Source: Actinomycetota bacterium (GTDB lineage Bacteria > Actinomycetota > Aquicultoria > Subteraquimicrobiales > UBA9087). Taken from it: a DNA stretch of 64,000 bases. The stretch's first letter is position 1. Each line of letters starts with the position of its first letter. Below, in pieces: positions 29,723 through 39,065 of the stretch. The notes under the pieces were generated by a model that worked only from the letters and a program-made list of their open reading frames with translations, was not told where the DNA came from and made no database searches. The stretch is taken from contig JASEEZ010000002.1 of assembly GCA_030019215.1 (NCBI GenBank), positions 12,081-76,080 on the forward strand, given 5' to 3'. The position numbers and the translations under genes are program-made.

Positions 29723-30352
29723 TTATGACATTTGCTCCGCCACCGAACAAAAATTCTTTATGATCCGAAGTCCCTCTTTGTGTTCTTTCCTGCCATCAGC
29801 GGAGCGGAAGCGTTCGGGGTGAAATTGAACACCATAGAGAGGCTTAAAGCAGTGTTTTACAGCTTCCACTTCGCAGGAGGAAGAATCCGCAAGTAGTTTG
29901 AAGCCAGCCTCGGATAGACCGTCTTTCTTCACATAATCATTGTGCCATTCAGCCAAAGGAATGTTTTGACCCGTTTGGAAGCCCCGAAAGAGATCATTTA
30001 CCCTAATGACTCTAACTCTTTCAAACCTATCTTTCACCGGACCTACAAGAGCTCCGACCTTGGCTCCCAGGGTAAGACAGACAAGCTGGTGACCGAAACA
30101 GATGCCGAGGAGAGGAATCTCAATACGCTTTATGAGACTCACAACGTGCTTAAACTCATCCACATCACTCCGGTCTACAATTCTTGCCTTGGAGCCGCTA
30201 AGGATTATGGCCCCAATGTCCCCTCTGGGTTCATATTCCGCATCGATCGCCCTGTATGAAACGGTCTCATATTCGCAAAAACCACCAACTGCTCTGACAA
30301 GCTCTTCGTTTTCTTTGGGATTAAGATGGTTGTTTATTATGAGAACTTTCAA
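29723..30352 (-). CDS. Class I glutamine amidotransferase (GATase1) domain protein
   Basis: Catalytic Cys in GICFGHQL, with His/Glu in VQFHPE. Confidence 0.8.
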   Translation of the reverse strand: MKVLIINNHLNPKENEELVRAVGGFCEYETVSYRAIDAEYEPRGDIGAIILSGSKARIVDRSDVDEFKHVVSLIKRIEIPLLGICFGHQLVCLTLGAKVGALVGPVKDRFERVRVIRVNDLFRGFQTGQNIPLAEWHNDYVKKDGLSEAGFKLLADSSSCEVEAVKHCFKPLYGVQFHPERFRSADGRKEHKEGLRIIKNFCSVAEQMS

Positions 30353-30418
30353 CCTAAACCCCCGGAAACAACAACCCTCTTTTTGCTCGATAAAAATATA
30401 ACTCAGTCAAAGGGTTGT

Positions 30419-30514
30419 CTAGTACCGTTACAACTATTTTCAGCTAATCCCGCTAGAAGATCATTCTTCTAACGGATGAGACTAATTAGGCAAATTAAGT
30501 TGTAACGGTACTAG
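30419..30514. repeat. MITE-like element copy A: 17-bp perfect terminal inverted repeats ctagtaccgttacaact / agttgtaacggtactag around a ~62-bp core
   Basis: The inverted repeats sit at 30419-30435 and 30498-30514. A second copy of the whole element lies in reverse orientation at 48944-49040. Confidence 0.65.
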
Positions 30515-30731
30515 TTTAGAATTGGATAGAAAAGCGAAATATCCTTTAAAGAGAAGGTTTTCCAACGGGTGAAACAGCCCCAGCCAACTCGTCAAAGTTA
30601 AAACGGAGATAAAAACCTTTTTGCGAGAATAAAGAGCGGATATAATAAACTATGGCTCTTCTCCGAAAATGGTGGGTGGAACAACTAGGTGCGATGAAGC
30701 CTAAAGAGAACTTTAGGATTCAGGGATTCTA

Positions 30732-30792
30732 GGGGTCAAGGGGTCAAGTGAAAAACACTTGAATCCTTGAATCCTTGAACCCTTGAATCCTT
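30732..30792. repeat. Short tandem repeats upstream of pgsA: ggggtcaag x2 and gaa(t/c)cctt x4
   Basis: Read directly from the sequence. Confidence 0.6.
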
Positions 30793-30885
30793 CTATGAGC
30801 AACTCTTTTGAGAAGAGAACAAGATTAAAAGTTTGCCTACCAAAAGTGGAGAAGAACTTAAAATATAAGGGGGAACGGAGCCGAG

Positions 30886-31437
30886 ATGTTTACTCTTGCC
30901 AACAAGATTACCATCGCGCGGATATTGTTCATCCCCTTTTTCATGTTCTTCCTTCTCTCCAAATCGATTCAACCCATTGGCTCCTATATGGCCGTTTTAA
31001 TCTTCACCCTGGCTGCTCTCACCGACACCGTGGATGGATACGTGGCTCGCTTCCAGAAACAAGTGACCACCTTTGGAAAGTTCCTCGATCCTCTCGCTGA
31101 TAAACTGCTCATCTCGGCAGCTCTGGTCGCACTGGTCGAGTTGAATCAGTTGGCCGCCTGGGTAGCCATGATAATCATAGCCCGGGAGTTCGCCGTCTCA
31201 GGTCTGCGGCTGATGGCCATAGCCAGAGGTAAGATCATCGCCGCCAGCACCCTGGGTAAACTCAAAACCACCTCACAGATAATTGCCATTATCGCCATCG
31301 TTCTCAATGTCCCCTACCTCTTCCTGGGTAAATCACTGGGCTGGCACTTGATGGCGTTGGCGGTGATGTTGACCATCGCATCGGGTATAGAGTACTTCGC
31401 CAAGACAAAGGACGTCCTCCTGGAGGCAAGGAGATGA
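30886..31437 (+). CDS. pgsA: CDP-diacylglycerol--glycerol-3-phosphate 3-phosphatidyltransferase
   Basis: CDP-alcohol phosphatidyltransferase motif DTVDGYVAR....G.FLDPLADK in a 183-aa membrane protein. Confidence 0.9.
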   Translation: MFTLANKITIARILFIPFFMFFLLSKSIQPIGSYMAVLIFTLAALTDTVDGYVARFQKQVTTFGKFLDPLADKLLISAALVALVELNQLAAWVAMIIIAREFAVSGLRLMAIARGKIIAASTLGKLKTTSQIIAIIAIVLNVPYLFLGKSLGWHLMALAVMLTIASGIEYFAKTKDVLLEARR

Positions 31438-32702
31438 AACCAAACTGTGCCATTCTCGCCGTGGGCACCGAACTCACCTCGGGACTATCTCTGAATACCA
31501 ACTCGGCTTTCATTGCTGAACACCTGACCAAGATGGGCTATGAATGTGTCTCTCTCACCAGCGTACCCGACGATATCAATAAAATAGCTATCGCCGTGAA
31601 ATGGGCACTTGGGGGAGCGGATATCCTGATAATTACGGGGGGATTGGGTCCAACCGTAGATGATTTGACCAGGGAGGGTCTATCTAAGGCCCTGGGTAAA
31701 GATTTAAGATTTGATCCTCAGCTAGCCAAGATGATAGAGAAGAAATTCGACCGGATTTGTAAACCGATGCCAGAGTCAGCCCTCCGCCAAGCCAACATCC
31801 TAGAGGGTGCCATTCCTATCGAACCCACGTTGGGAACGGCGCCTGGAATGATCGTGGAGGTTGGGGATAAAATCGTCTTTGCTCTACCCGGCGTCCCGCG
31901 TGAGATGAAAAAGATGTTGAAGGAAAACGTCGTCCCATTCCTGAAGGGAAAAAAGCGCTCAAGAATGATACCGACCAGAACCATAAAGACCTGCGGTATA
32001 GCTGAAGTGTTCTTGGAAGAAAAAGTTAAAGATATTCTAGCTAAACATAAGGATGTGGCGGTCACGATACTTGCTCATCCAGAGGAGGTCCATCTGCGAC
32101 TCTCAGCCACAGGGCCCGGGGCAGAAAAGAAGCTAACCACTATCGTGGGTGAACTCTCCACTCGCCTGGGAAATCTTATTTACGGTTTCGGTGAGGATAC
32201 CCTGGAGAGCGTGGTGGGAGAACTCCTACTGAGCTGTGGGTTGAGGATGGGGGTGGCCGAATCATGTACGGGAGGCCTGCTTGGAAATCGAATCACCAAC
32301 GTGCCGGGGAGCTCAAGATATTTTCTTGGAGGAATCGTTGCCTACAGCAACGAAATGAAACAAAAGCTTTTAATGGTGCCGGGGGAGATACTCCGGAAGC
32401 AGGGGGCGGTGAGCTCAGAGGCGTCTTTGGCCATGTCCAATGGAGCTCGCCGGGTAATGGACGCCGACATTGGGCTGAGCATAACCGGGATAGCTGGTCC
32501 CACGGGAGGGACCGTGGAAAAACCCGTGGGTCTGGTCTTCGTAGCCATCTCCTCGGAAAGCAAAGAAGCCTGTAAAAGATTCGTCTTTTTGGATTCCAGG
32601 GAGATGGTAAAGTTCAGAGCCTCTCAAGTTGCCCTCAACTTGCTCAGATTGTTCTTGCTGAAAGAACTCGAATTAAAAGGGAGTGAAACTCCAGGTTGCT
32701 GA
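31434..32702 (+). CDS. cinA: CinA: MoCF-biosynthesis-like domain plus C-terminal nicotinamide-nucleotide amidohydrolase (PncC) domain
   Basis: A 422-aa ORF in the pgsA-cinA-recA synteny, with the C-terminal motif VAESCTGGLLG. Confidence 0.9.
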   Translation: MKPNCAILAVGTELTSGLSLNTNSAFIAEHLTKMGYECVSLTSVPDDINKIAIAVKWALGGADILIITGGLGPTVDDLTREGLSKALGKDLRFDPQLAKMIEKKFDRICKPMPESALRQANILEGAIPIEPTLGTAPGMIVEVGDKIVFALPGVPREMKKMLKENVVPFLKGKKRSRMIPTRTIKTCGIAEVFLEEKVKDILAKHKDVAVTILAHPEEVHLRLSATGPGAEKKLTTIVGELSTRLGNLIYGFGEDTLESVVGELLLSCGLRMGVAESCTGGLLGNRITNVPGSSRYFLGGIVAYSNEMKQKLLMVPGEILRKQGAVSSEASLAMSNGARRVMDADIGLSITGIAGPTGGTVEKPVGLVFVAISSESKEACKRFVFLDSREMVKFRASQVALNLLRLFLLKELELKGSETPGC

Positions 32703-33253
32703 GATTGTTTGTGGCGGTCGAGATTCCATCCGATTTGCAATCAGCCCTGGCCAACGTCCAGAATGAGGCCAAAAAAGACTTAAAGAGCGCCAGATGGGTC
32801 CCCCCAAAAAATATCCACCTGACTTTAAAGTTCTTGGGCAACTGCCCCGAAGAGCAGTTGCCCTCGATTGAGGCAGCGCTCTCAAAGGCGGTGGAAAGGA
32901 AGGCCCCCTTTACTTTCAGATTGAATCATCTGGGCGGTTTTCCCTCGGATAAAAGAGCCAGAGTTTTCTGGGTTGGAGTCGGCGAAGGAAGCGGGGAGTT
33001 GAGCAAACTAAGTGATCGCTTGGAGAAGTTCTTGGAGCCACTGGGGTTCGAGAGAGAAAAAAGGAAGTTCCACTCCCACGCCACCCTGGCTCGCTTTAAG
33101 GTCCCACAAAATCTTCAGGAGACAATCTCCCACAGCGACATAACGGAGTTGATCACCTCCGTAGAGGTGAAAACGATCGCCCTTATTCAGAGCCGATTGA
33201 CACCCGATGGAGCAGTTTATGCGCCGATAAAATATTTTCCATTAAAGGGTTGA
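32696..33253 (+). CDS. thpR: RNA 2',3'-cyclic phosphodiesterase (2'-5' RNA ligase family ThpR/LigT)
   Basis: Two H-x-T/S-x motifs, HLTLKFLG and HATLARF. Confidence 0.8.
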   Translation: MLRLFVAVEIPSDLQSALANVQNEAKKDLKSARWVPPKNIHLTLKFLGNCPEEQLPSIEAALSKAVERKAPFTFRLNHLGGFPSDKRARVFWVGVGEGSGELSKLSDRLEKFLEPLGFEREKRKFHSHATLARFKVPQNLQETISHSDITELITSVEVKTIALIQSRLTPDGAVYAPIKYFPLKG

Positions 33254-33278
33254 CACGAACAAGTGTTCGTGATAGGAT
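33250..33278 (+). promoter_or_regulatory. recA promoter (-35 TTGACA, 17-bp spacer, -10 TAGGAT) with a perfect Cheo-type LexA box CGAACAAGTGTTCG (33256-33269) in the spacer
   Basis: The hexamers and the palindrome CGAAC-N4-GTTCG were read directly, about 60 nt upstream of the recA TTG start. Confidence 0.75.
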
Positions 33279-33336
33279 GCTCGCAGAAACAACCACAAAG
33301 AGCCAAAAATAAGAACAGGAGCAAGGAGGGAGCAAG

Positions 33337-34386
33337 TTGGAACGAGATAAAGCCTTGGAAATGGCAAAGGAGCAAATCGAGAGAAAATATGGCAAGGGAG
33401 CAATAATGAGATTGGGGGAGCACCCGGCCAGGATGGATATGGACATCATTCCCACCGGTTCCCTCTCCCTTGACATCGCCCTGGGAATAGGTGGCGTTCC
33501 CCGAGGAAGAGTAGTTGAGATATTTGGGCCGGAGGCCTCCGGCAAAACCACTTTGGGCCTGCAAATAATTGCCGAGGCACAGAAGAAGGGTGGAATGGCA
33601 GCTTTCATCGATGCCGAGCACGCCCTCGACCCGGCTTACGCAAAGAATCTGGGTGTGGACGTCGATAACCTCATGGTCTCCCAGCCGGACACCGGGGAGC
33701 AGGCCTTGGAGATCGCTGAAATGCTGGTTCGAAGTGGAGCGGTGGATGTAATCGTGGTCGACTCCGTCGCCGCCCTGGTTCCCAGAGCCGAGATTGAAGG
33801 CGAGATGGGGGATGCCCATGTGGGACTTCAGGCCAGGTTGATGTCTCAGGCTCTTCGTAAATTGGCCGGCTCAGTCAGCAAATCAAAGACCACAACCATC
33901 TTCATCAACCAACTGAGGGAGAGAGTGGGAATAATGTTCGGAAATCCCGAAGTCACCCCCGGTGGGAGAGCGCTCAAATTCTATTCCTCGGTCAGAATCG
34001 ATATCCGCAGAACTGAATCGCTGAAACAGGGCACCGAGATAGTGGGAAATCGAGTTAGAGCCAGAGTGGTTAAGAACAAACTTGCCCCTCCCTTTAAAGC
34101 GGCGGAGTTCGATATCGTTTATGGGGAAGGGATTTCCAGGGAAGGGGACATCTTGGATCTGGCCGTGAACGAGGGCGTCGCCCTTAAAAGCGGAGCCTGG
34201 TACACCTATAACGAAGAGCGTCTTGGACAGGGAAGAGAGGGCGCCAAGCAGTATCTCAAGGAGCACCCGGAAATAACCTCAGATATCGAGGAGAAGGTTA
34301 AGACCAAGATCGGCTTCGTGGAGAGGAAACCTCCCGCAGCCCAGGAACAAGAGAAAGCCGTCCAGCCAGAGAAAAATGCCCAATAA
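33337..34386 (+). CDS. recA: Recombinase RecA
   Basis: Walker [10 protein letters not shown], with L1/L2 loops and a RecA C-terminus. Confidence 0.95.
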   Translation: MERDKALEMAKEQIERKYGKGAIMRLGEHPARMDMDIIPTGSLSLDIALGIGGVPRGRVVEIFGPEASGKTTLGLQIIAEAQKKGGMAAFIDAEHALDPAYAKNLGVDVDNLMVSQPDTGEQALEIAEMLVRSGAVDVIVVDSVAALVPRAEIEGEMGDAHVGLQARLMSQALRKLAGSVSKSKTTTIFINQLRERVGIMFGNPEVTPGGRALKFYSSVRIDIRRTESLKQGTEIVGNRVRARVVKNKLAPPFKAAEFDIVYGEGISREGDILDLAVNEGVALKSGAWYTYNEERLGQGREGAKQYLKEHPEITSDIEEKVKTKIGFVERKPPAAQEQEKAVQPEKNAQ

Positions 34387-34861
34387 GGGAGTCCCCGGTG
34401 GGCTCGATGAAGCCAAAAATTACGCCCTGAGGTTGCTTTCTCATCGGGCCCGCAGTGTTCAGGAGATGAGGGAAAGGCTTGCCAGGAAAGGCCATCCAGA
34501 AAAGGTGGTTGACAAAGTGCTTTCGAGCCTCAAAAAGTCGAACTATCTCGATGACATCTCCTTTACCAAGATTTGGGTAGAGAACCGGGTTTCACTACGA
34601 GGCTATGGCCAGAGACGAATCAGAGCGGAATTGATCTCCAAGGGCATCGAAAAGGATTTAGTCGAGCGGGAACTGGATGAAAGTTATCCGGAAGAAAAGG
34701 AGAAGGAAGTCGCCTTGACGTTAGCCAAAAAAAGGTTACCGAGCTATAGAGGGTTAGCCATTACCGCCGCACGAAGACGCTTAATTCAGTTTTTGCTTCG
34801 TCGAGGATTTTCTTCCGAAACAGCTCAGGAGGTTTGCCGAGAGCTACTACCAGAGCGTTAG
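34376..34861 (+). CDS. recX: Regulatory protein RecX
   Basis: A 161-aa product made of three helical repeats, directly after recA. Confidence 0.85.
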   Translation: MPNKGVPGGLDEAKNYALRLLSHRARSVQEMRERLARKGHPEKVVDKVLSSLKKSNYLDDISFTKIWVENRVSLRGYGQRRIRAELISKGIEKDLVERELDESYPEEKEKEVALTLAKKRLPSYRGLAITAARRRLIQFLLRRGFSSETAQEVCRELLPER

Positions 34862-35057
34862 TAAATTTGACACAAGGCGTGCTATAATTGTACCATCAAA
34901 GTCGGCAAATAATGCTTTGCTTAAAGTGAGTTCTTAAAGTAAGTCGTTTTTGGGTTTATATAGATTCGAGGCAAAACTGAGAATTTTAAATTAAATAGTT
35001 GAGCATCGTGAGGTAATCCGCTTCCTCGCATCAACCACTTTTAAGTAAAGTATTTTT

Positions 35058-35080
35058 GCCGAGCTCTGCTCGGTTTTTTT
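35058..35080 (+). terminator. Rho-independent terminator (GCCGAGC-TCT-GCTCGG followed by T7) between recX and rny
   Basis: Read directly. The ORF track start of rny at 35082 lies inside the T-run. Confidence 0.55.
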
Positions 35081-35081
35081 A

Positions 35082-36665
35082 TTGTTCAGTTGGAAAACCA
35101 GCTGGATCCCGAAAGGAGGGATTAAGATAAACGCATTGATCTTATTGATTGCAGTAGTGGTTGTTGCTGTGGGAATCATCGTTGGTTTCTTCGTCAGAAA
35201 GTACCTGGCCGAAGCGAAAATAACCTCAGCCGAGACGGCTGCCAAGAGGGTTTTGGAAGAGGCCAAAAAGGAGACGGAGAGAATTAAGCGTGAAGCCCTC
35301 GTCGAGGCCAAAGACGAGATCCACGCCATGCGAGTTGAGGCAGAAAGAGAGAGCCGGGAATGGCGAAACGAGATTCAGCGGATGGAAAAAAGACTCTCCC
35401 AAAAAGAAGAACTGCTCGACAGCAAGAATTTGGCCCTGGAGAAACAAGAGAAGACCCTGGAGACCAAGGAAGCCGAATTTGAGAAAGTCAAGAGCGAGCT
35501 GGAGGAGGTTTACACCGAGCAAAAAAGAATGCTCGAAAAGCTGGCGGGTCTCTCCGCCGCTGAGGCCAAGGAACTGCTTTTAAAAAGAGTTGAAGAGGAA
35601 ATCCGACACGATGCAGCCAAGTTGATTCGAGAGATCGAGGGCAAAGCTCGGGAGGAGGCAGAAAAGCGAGCTCGGAACATCATCTCACTCGCCATCCAAA
35701 GATATGCCTCCGATCACGTGGCAGAGACCACCGTTTCTGTGGTCCCCCTTCCCAGCGATGAGATGAAGGGAAGGATAATCGGGCGAGAAGGAAGAAACAT
35801 CAGAGCCTTTGAGAACCTGACCGGGATCAATCTGATCATCGACGATACCCCAGAGGCCGTTATCCTTTCCAGCTTCGATCCCGTTCGTCGGGAGATCGCC
35901 AGATTGACCCTGGAGAAGCTCATCTCCGATGGAAGGATTCATCCAGCTCGGATTGAGGAAATGTACGAGAAATCCAAAAGCGATGTCGAAACCGAAATCG
36001 GGGAGGTTGGGGAACAAGCTGCTTTTGAGATCGGAATCCATAACCTGCATTCTGGACTTGTTCGAATAATAGGTCAATTAAAATTCCGTTCCAGCTACGG
36101 TCAGAATGTTCTCAAACATTCTCTCGAGGTAGCTCACCTCGCCGGAATAATGGCCGCGGAACTCAATGTGGACGCAAAGTTGGCCAAACGCGCTGGACTC
36201 CTCCACGACATCGGAAAGGCCATCGACCACGAAGTGGAGGGACCCCACGCAATAATTGGGGCAGATCTAGCAAAACGACTTCGCGAGTCAACACAGATTT
36301 GTCATGCCATTGAGGCTCACCATGGGGAGGTGGAGCCCAGAACCATCGAGGCAGTGCTGATACAGGCCGCTGATGCAATTTCAGCCTCCCGGCCCGGTGC
36401 CAGAAGGGAGACCCTAGAAAGCTACATCAAGCGGCTGGAAAAGTTGGAATCTATCGCCGAGAGCTATAAGGGCGTGGAAAAATCCTACGCCATGCAGGCT
36501 GGTCGAGAAATTCGGATAATGGTGAAACCGGAGGAGCGCAACGATGAGGAATCGGCTACTTTGGCTAGAGACATTGCCAAAAAGATAGAAGAAGAGCTTG
36601 AATATCCAGGGCAAATAAAGGTAACCGTCATTCGAGAAAATCGGGCAATAGAGTATGCCAAATAA
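35082..36665 (+). CDS. rny: Ribonuclease Y (N-terminal TM helix, KH and HD domains)
   Basis: TM helix [24 protein letters not shown], a coiled coil, KH domain ([15 protein letters not shown]) and HD domain ([13 protein letters not shown]...LLHDIGK). The real start is probably about 35127-35136, after RBS AGGAGGG at 35114-35120. Confidence 0.9.
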   Translation: MFSWKTSWIPKGGIKINALILLIAVVVVAVGIIVGFFVRKYLAEAKITSAETAAKRVLEEAKKETERIKREALVEAKDEIHAMRVEAERESREWRNEIQRMEKRLSQKEELLDSKNLALEKQEKTLETKEAEFEKVKSELEEVYTEQKRMLEKLAGLSAAEAKELLLKRVEEEIRHDAAKLIREIEGKAREEAEKRARNIISLAIQRYASDHVAETTVSVVPLPSDEMKGRIIGREGRNIRAFENLTGINLIIDDTPEAVILSSFDPVRREIARLTLEKLISDGRIHPARIEEMYEKSKSDVETEIGEVGEQAAFEIGIHNLHSGLVRIIGQLKFRSSYGQNVLKHSLEVAHLAGIMAAELNVDAKLAKRAGLLHDIGKAIDHEVEGPHAIIGADLAKRLRESTQICHAIEAHHGEVEPRTIEAVLIQAADAISASRPGARRETLESYIKRLEKLESIAESYKGVEKSYAMQAGREIRIMVKPEERNDEESATLARDIAKKIEEELEYPGQIKVTVIRENRAIEYAK

Positions 36666-36727
36666 AATGGGCGATATTCGTTGCCCATCTAACTTTCCCG
36701 ACTCCACGGACTCGGGAGGCGAGGATA

Positions 36728-37828
36728 TTGTCCTCCAAGGAATCGGATAACCTGCTGAACTTCGTCACCAGTCTAGCGGGCGACCACTTTCTCAAAATCG
36801 AGGAGAACCTGGGCGATGGATTTGTCCGCCTTAAGATCAGCGAGGCAGAGAGAAGACAAGCCAAGCACGATATTCGCTCCGTCGAAGACATAGTGGTCGA
36901 ACTCCTAAGGAACTCTCGCGATTCGGGGGCATCTAAGACCTTTGTTTCCTCGCACAGGGAAGACCAACTTCGTAAGATCGTGGTTATAGACGATGGTTGT
37001 GGCATCCCCACCAACCTTCATGAAAGGATCTTCGAAACCAGGGTGACCTCGAAGATTGACACCGTCGCTCTTGACAGGTACGGCGTACATGGACGAGGAA
37101 TGGCCCTCTTCTCCGTAAAATCTGTCGCCGACAAAGCCTGGGTGGTTTCATCCTTCCCAGGTAAGGGCAGCGTGTTCAAGATAGAAACAAATACGACCAT
37201 CCTCAACGAGCGCAAAGACCAGTCAACTTTCCCCATAATCCGTTGGCGCCAGGGAGAACCCCAGATATTGCGGGGTCCTCACAATATCGTGAGAATACTA
37301 GTAGAGTTCAATATAGACCACCCCCAGATGGAAATATATCTGGGCTCTCCAGCAGAGATTCTCTCAACGATGCTTGCCCTCAATAAGTCTCATTCTAACG
37401 GGAACTTCCCCGACGTCCTGGAACAGACCGATCTCAAGCTTTGGCAGTGCATCGGCTGCATTTCGCAAGCCAAAATCCTCCCCGAAATAGCTAAGAGGTA
37501 CTTTGAACTGGAGATATCCGAGCGCAACGCTCACCGAATCATGAATCGAGAAATAAAACCTCTCCCTCGTATCTTTGCAGAGTTTGGCGAGAACCTCGAG
37601 CATTGGTTAGACGGGAAAACAAAAGAAATTTCCCGTTCGAGCAGGAAAGAGAACCTCTGTAAATTCCTCCAAAATGAAGACCTGGAAATCCTCTCGCAGA
37701 ACATCGTGAAAAACTTTGATGAGGTGGGAAAGAAATACTTTCTCAAGCTGCAGGGAAAACCAAAGATACAGCGCGGAAGAAATCGAATCAAGATAGACTT
37801 AGATTTGGAAAGGGAAGGGGAGATATAA
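36728..37828 (+). CDS. Orphan GHKL (histidine-kinase-like) ATPase domain protein with an uncharacterised 200-aa C-terminal region
   Basis: N-box-like ELLRNSRDSGA, G1 box DDGCGIP and G2 box GVHGRGMALF. I see no DHp/HisKA domain and no TM segment. It occupies the position of ymdB between rny and spoVS. Confidence 0.5.
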   Translation: MSSKESDNLLNFVTSLAGDHFLKIEENLGDGFVRLKISEAERRQAKHDIRSVEDIVVELLRNSRDSGASKTFVSSHREDQLRKIVVIDDGCGIPTNLHERIFETRVTSKIDTVALDRYGVHGRGMALFSVKSVADKAWVVSSFPGKGSVFKIETNTTILNERKDQSTFPIIRWRQGEPQILRGPHNIVRILVEFNIDHPQMEIYLGSPAEILSTMLALNKSHSNGNFPDVLEQTDLKLWQCIGCISQAKILPEIAKRYFELEISERNAHRIMNREIKPLPRIFAEFGENLEHWLDGKTKEISRSSRKENLCKFLQNEDLEILSQNIVKNFDEVGKKYFLKLQGKPKIQRGRNRIKIDLDLEREGEI

Positions 37829-37924
37829 TCTAGAGCCGCGAATTTGACGATAGAGAAGGATAAAAGCACTCTTTAACGAATATTTAACAGTACGTAGCAT
37901 TTTCGCACTTTGGGAGGAGAAGCT

Positions 37925-38185
37925 ATGGAGGTACTAAAGGTCTCAACCAAGTCAAACCCAAATTCGGTGGCAGGCGCTCTCGCAGGGGTTTTAAGGGAGA
38001 AGGGAGGAGCAGAACTTCAGGTGATCGGTGCCGGTGCCCTCAATCAGGCGATAAAGGCAATCGCCATCGCCCGAGGCTTCGTCGCTCCCAGCGGACTTGA
38101 CTTAATCGTCATCCCGGCCTTCACAGACATCATAATCAACGGTGAGGAACGAACGGGCATCAGGCTCATCGTCGAACCCCGATAA
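37925..38185 (+). CDS. spoVS: Stage V sporulation protein S (SpoVS family)
   Basis: MEVLKVS..S.P.SVAGA......G.AELQ.IGAGA.NQA.KA...ARGF is highly typical of SpoVS. The ATG at 37925 is a better start than the ORF track 37910. Confidence 0.85.
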   Translation: MEVLKVSTKSNPNSVAGALAGVLREKGGAELQVIGAGALNQAIKAIAIARGFVAPSGLDLIVIPAFTDIIINGEERTGIRLIVEPR

Positions 38186-38196
38186 ACCATAGCCTC

Positions 38197-38226
38197 AAAC
38201 GCTCTCAGGGCGTTTTTATTTTTTTG
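38197..38226 (+). terminator. Rho-independent terminator after spoVS (AAACGC-tctcagg-GCGTTT followed by a T-run)
   Basis: Read directly. Confidence 0.55.
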
Positions 38227-38237
38227 AAAGGTTTTAC

Positions 38238-39059
38238 ATGGCAATCGACCTACACATTCACAGCACCGCCTCGGACGGAACCCTCGACCCGGAAGAAATA
38301 GTCAGACTAGCAGCAAAGCTGGGCCTCTCCGCTATTGCCATCACCGATCACGACAGCGTAGAAGGCGTCGGGCCTGCCCTCAAGGAAGGGGAGCGGCTGG
38401 GCGTTGAGGTCATCCCCGCTGTCGAACTGAGTTCCGACCTACAAGGTCGGGACATTCATTTTCTGGGATACTTCATCGACTTCCAGCAAGAATGGTTCTG
38501 CAAACACCTGGAGAAGCTTCGCCAAGCCCGATACGAACGAGCGGTGAAAATGGTCCAAAAACTCCAGGAGGCCGGGTTAGAGATAGCCCTAAAGGATATT
38601 CTGAAAGAAGCAGGTAAGGGGACAGTTGGCCGTGCCCACATCGCCCGAGTTCTAGTCAAACAGGGTTTAATAGACAGCATCGAAGAGGTCTTCAATCGCT
38701 ATATCGGGCGTCACGCCCCCTGCTATGTGGAAAAATATATCTACACCCCCGAGGATATAATCGCCATCATCAAAAAAGTCGGGGGAATAGCCATCCTCGC
38801 CCACCCCGGTTACTCCTTCGTGGACGAACAGATTTCCGAGTTCATCGGCTACGGGCTTCAGGGATTAGAAGTCTACTATCACACCCACACGCCCGGACAA
38901 ACGAAGCGCTACAAAAAATTGGCGAGAAGCCACAAGCTGATAGTCACCGGCGGCTCCGATTGCCACGGTCTCAAATCAAGCCGTGGTTTGCGCATTGGCT
39001 CAGTGAATGTGCCCGATCAGGTGATCCAAGACCTCAAAAAATTAAAAGAGGGAGTATAA
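38238..39059 (+). CDS. PHP-domain metal-dependent phosphoesterase (TrpH/YciV-like)
   Basis: Motifs DLHIHSTASDG...AITDHD, with His clusters at the C-terminus. Confidence 0.8.
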   Translation: MAIDLHIHSTASDGTLDPEEIVRLAAKLGLSAIAITDHDSVEGVGPALKEGERLGVEVIPAVELSSDLQGRDIHFLGYFIDFQQEWFCKHLEKLRQARYERAVKMVQKLQEAGLEIALKDILKEAGKGTVGRAHIARVLVKQGLIDSIEEVFNRYIGRHAPCYVEKYIYTPEDIIAIIKKVGGIAILAHPGYSFVDEQISEFIGYGLQGLEVYYHTHTPGQTKRYKKLARSHKLIVTGGSDCHGLKSSRGLRIGSVNVPDQVIQDLKKLKEGV

Positions 39060-39065
39060 TTCTAG

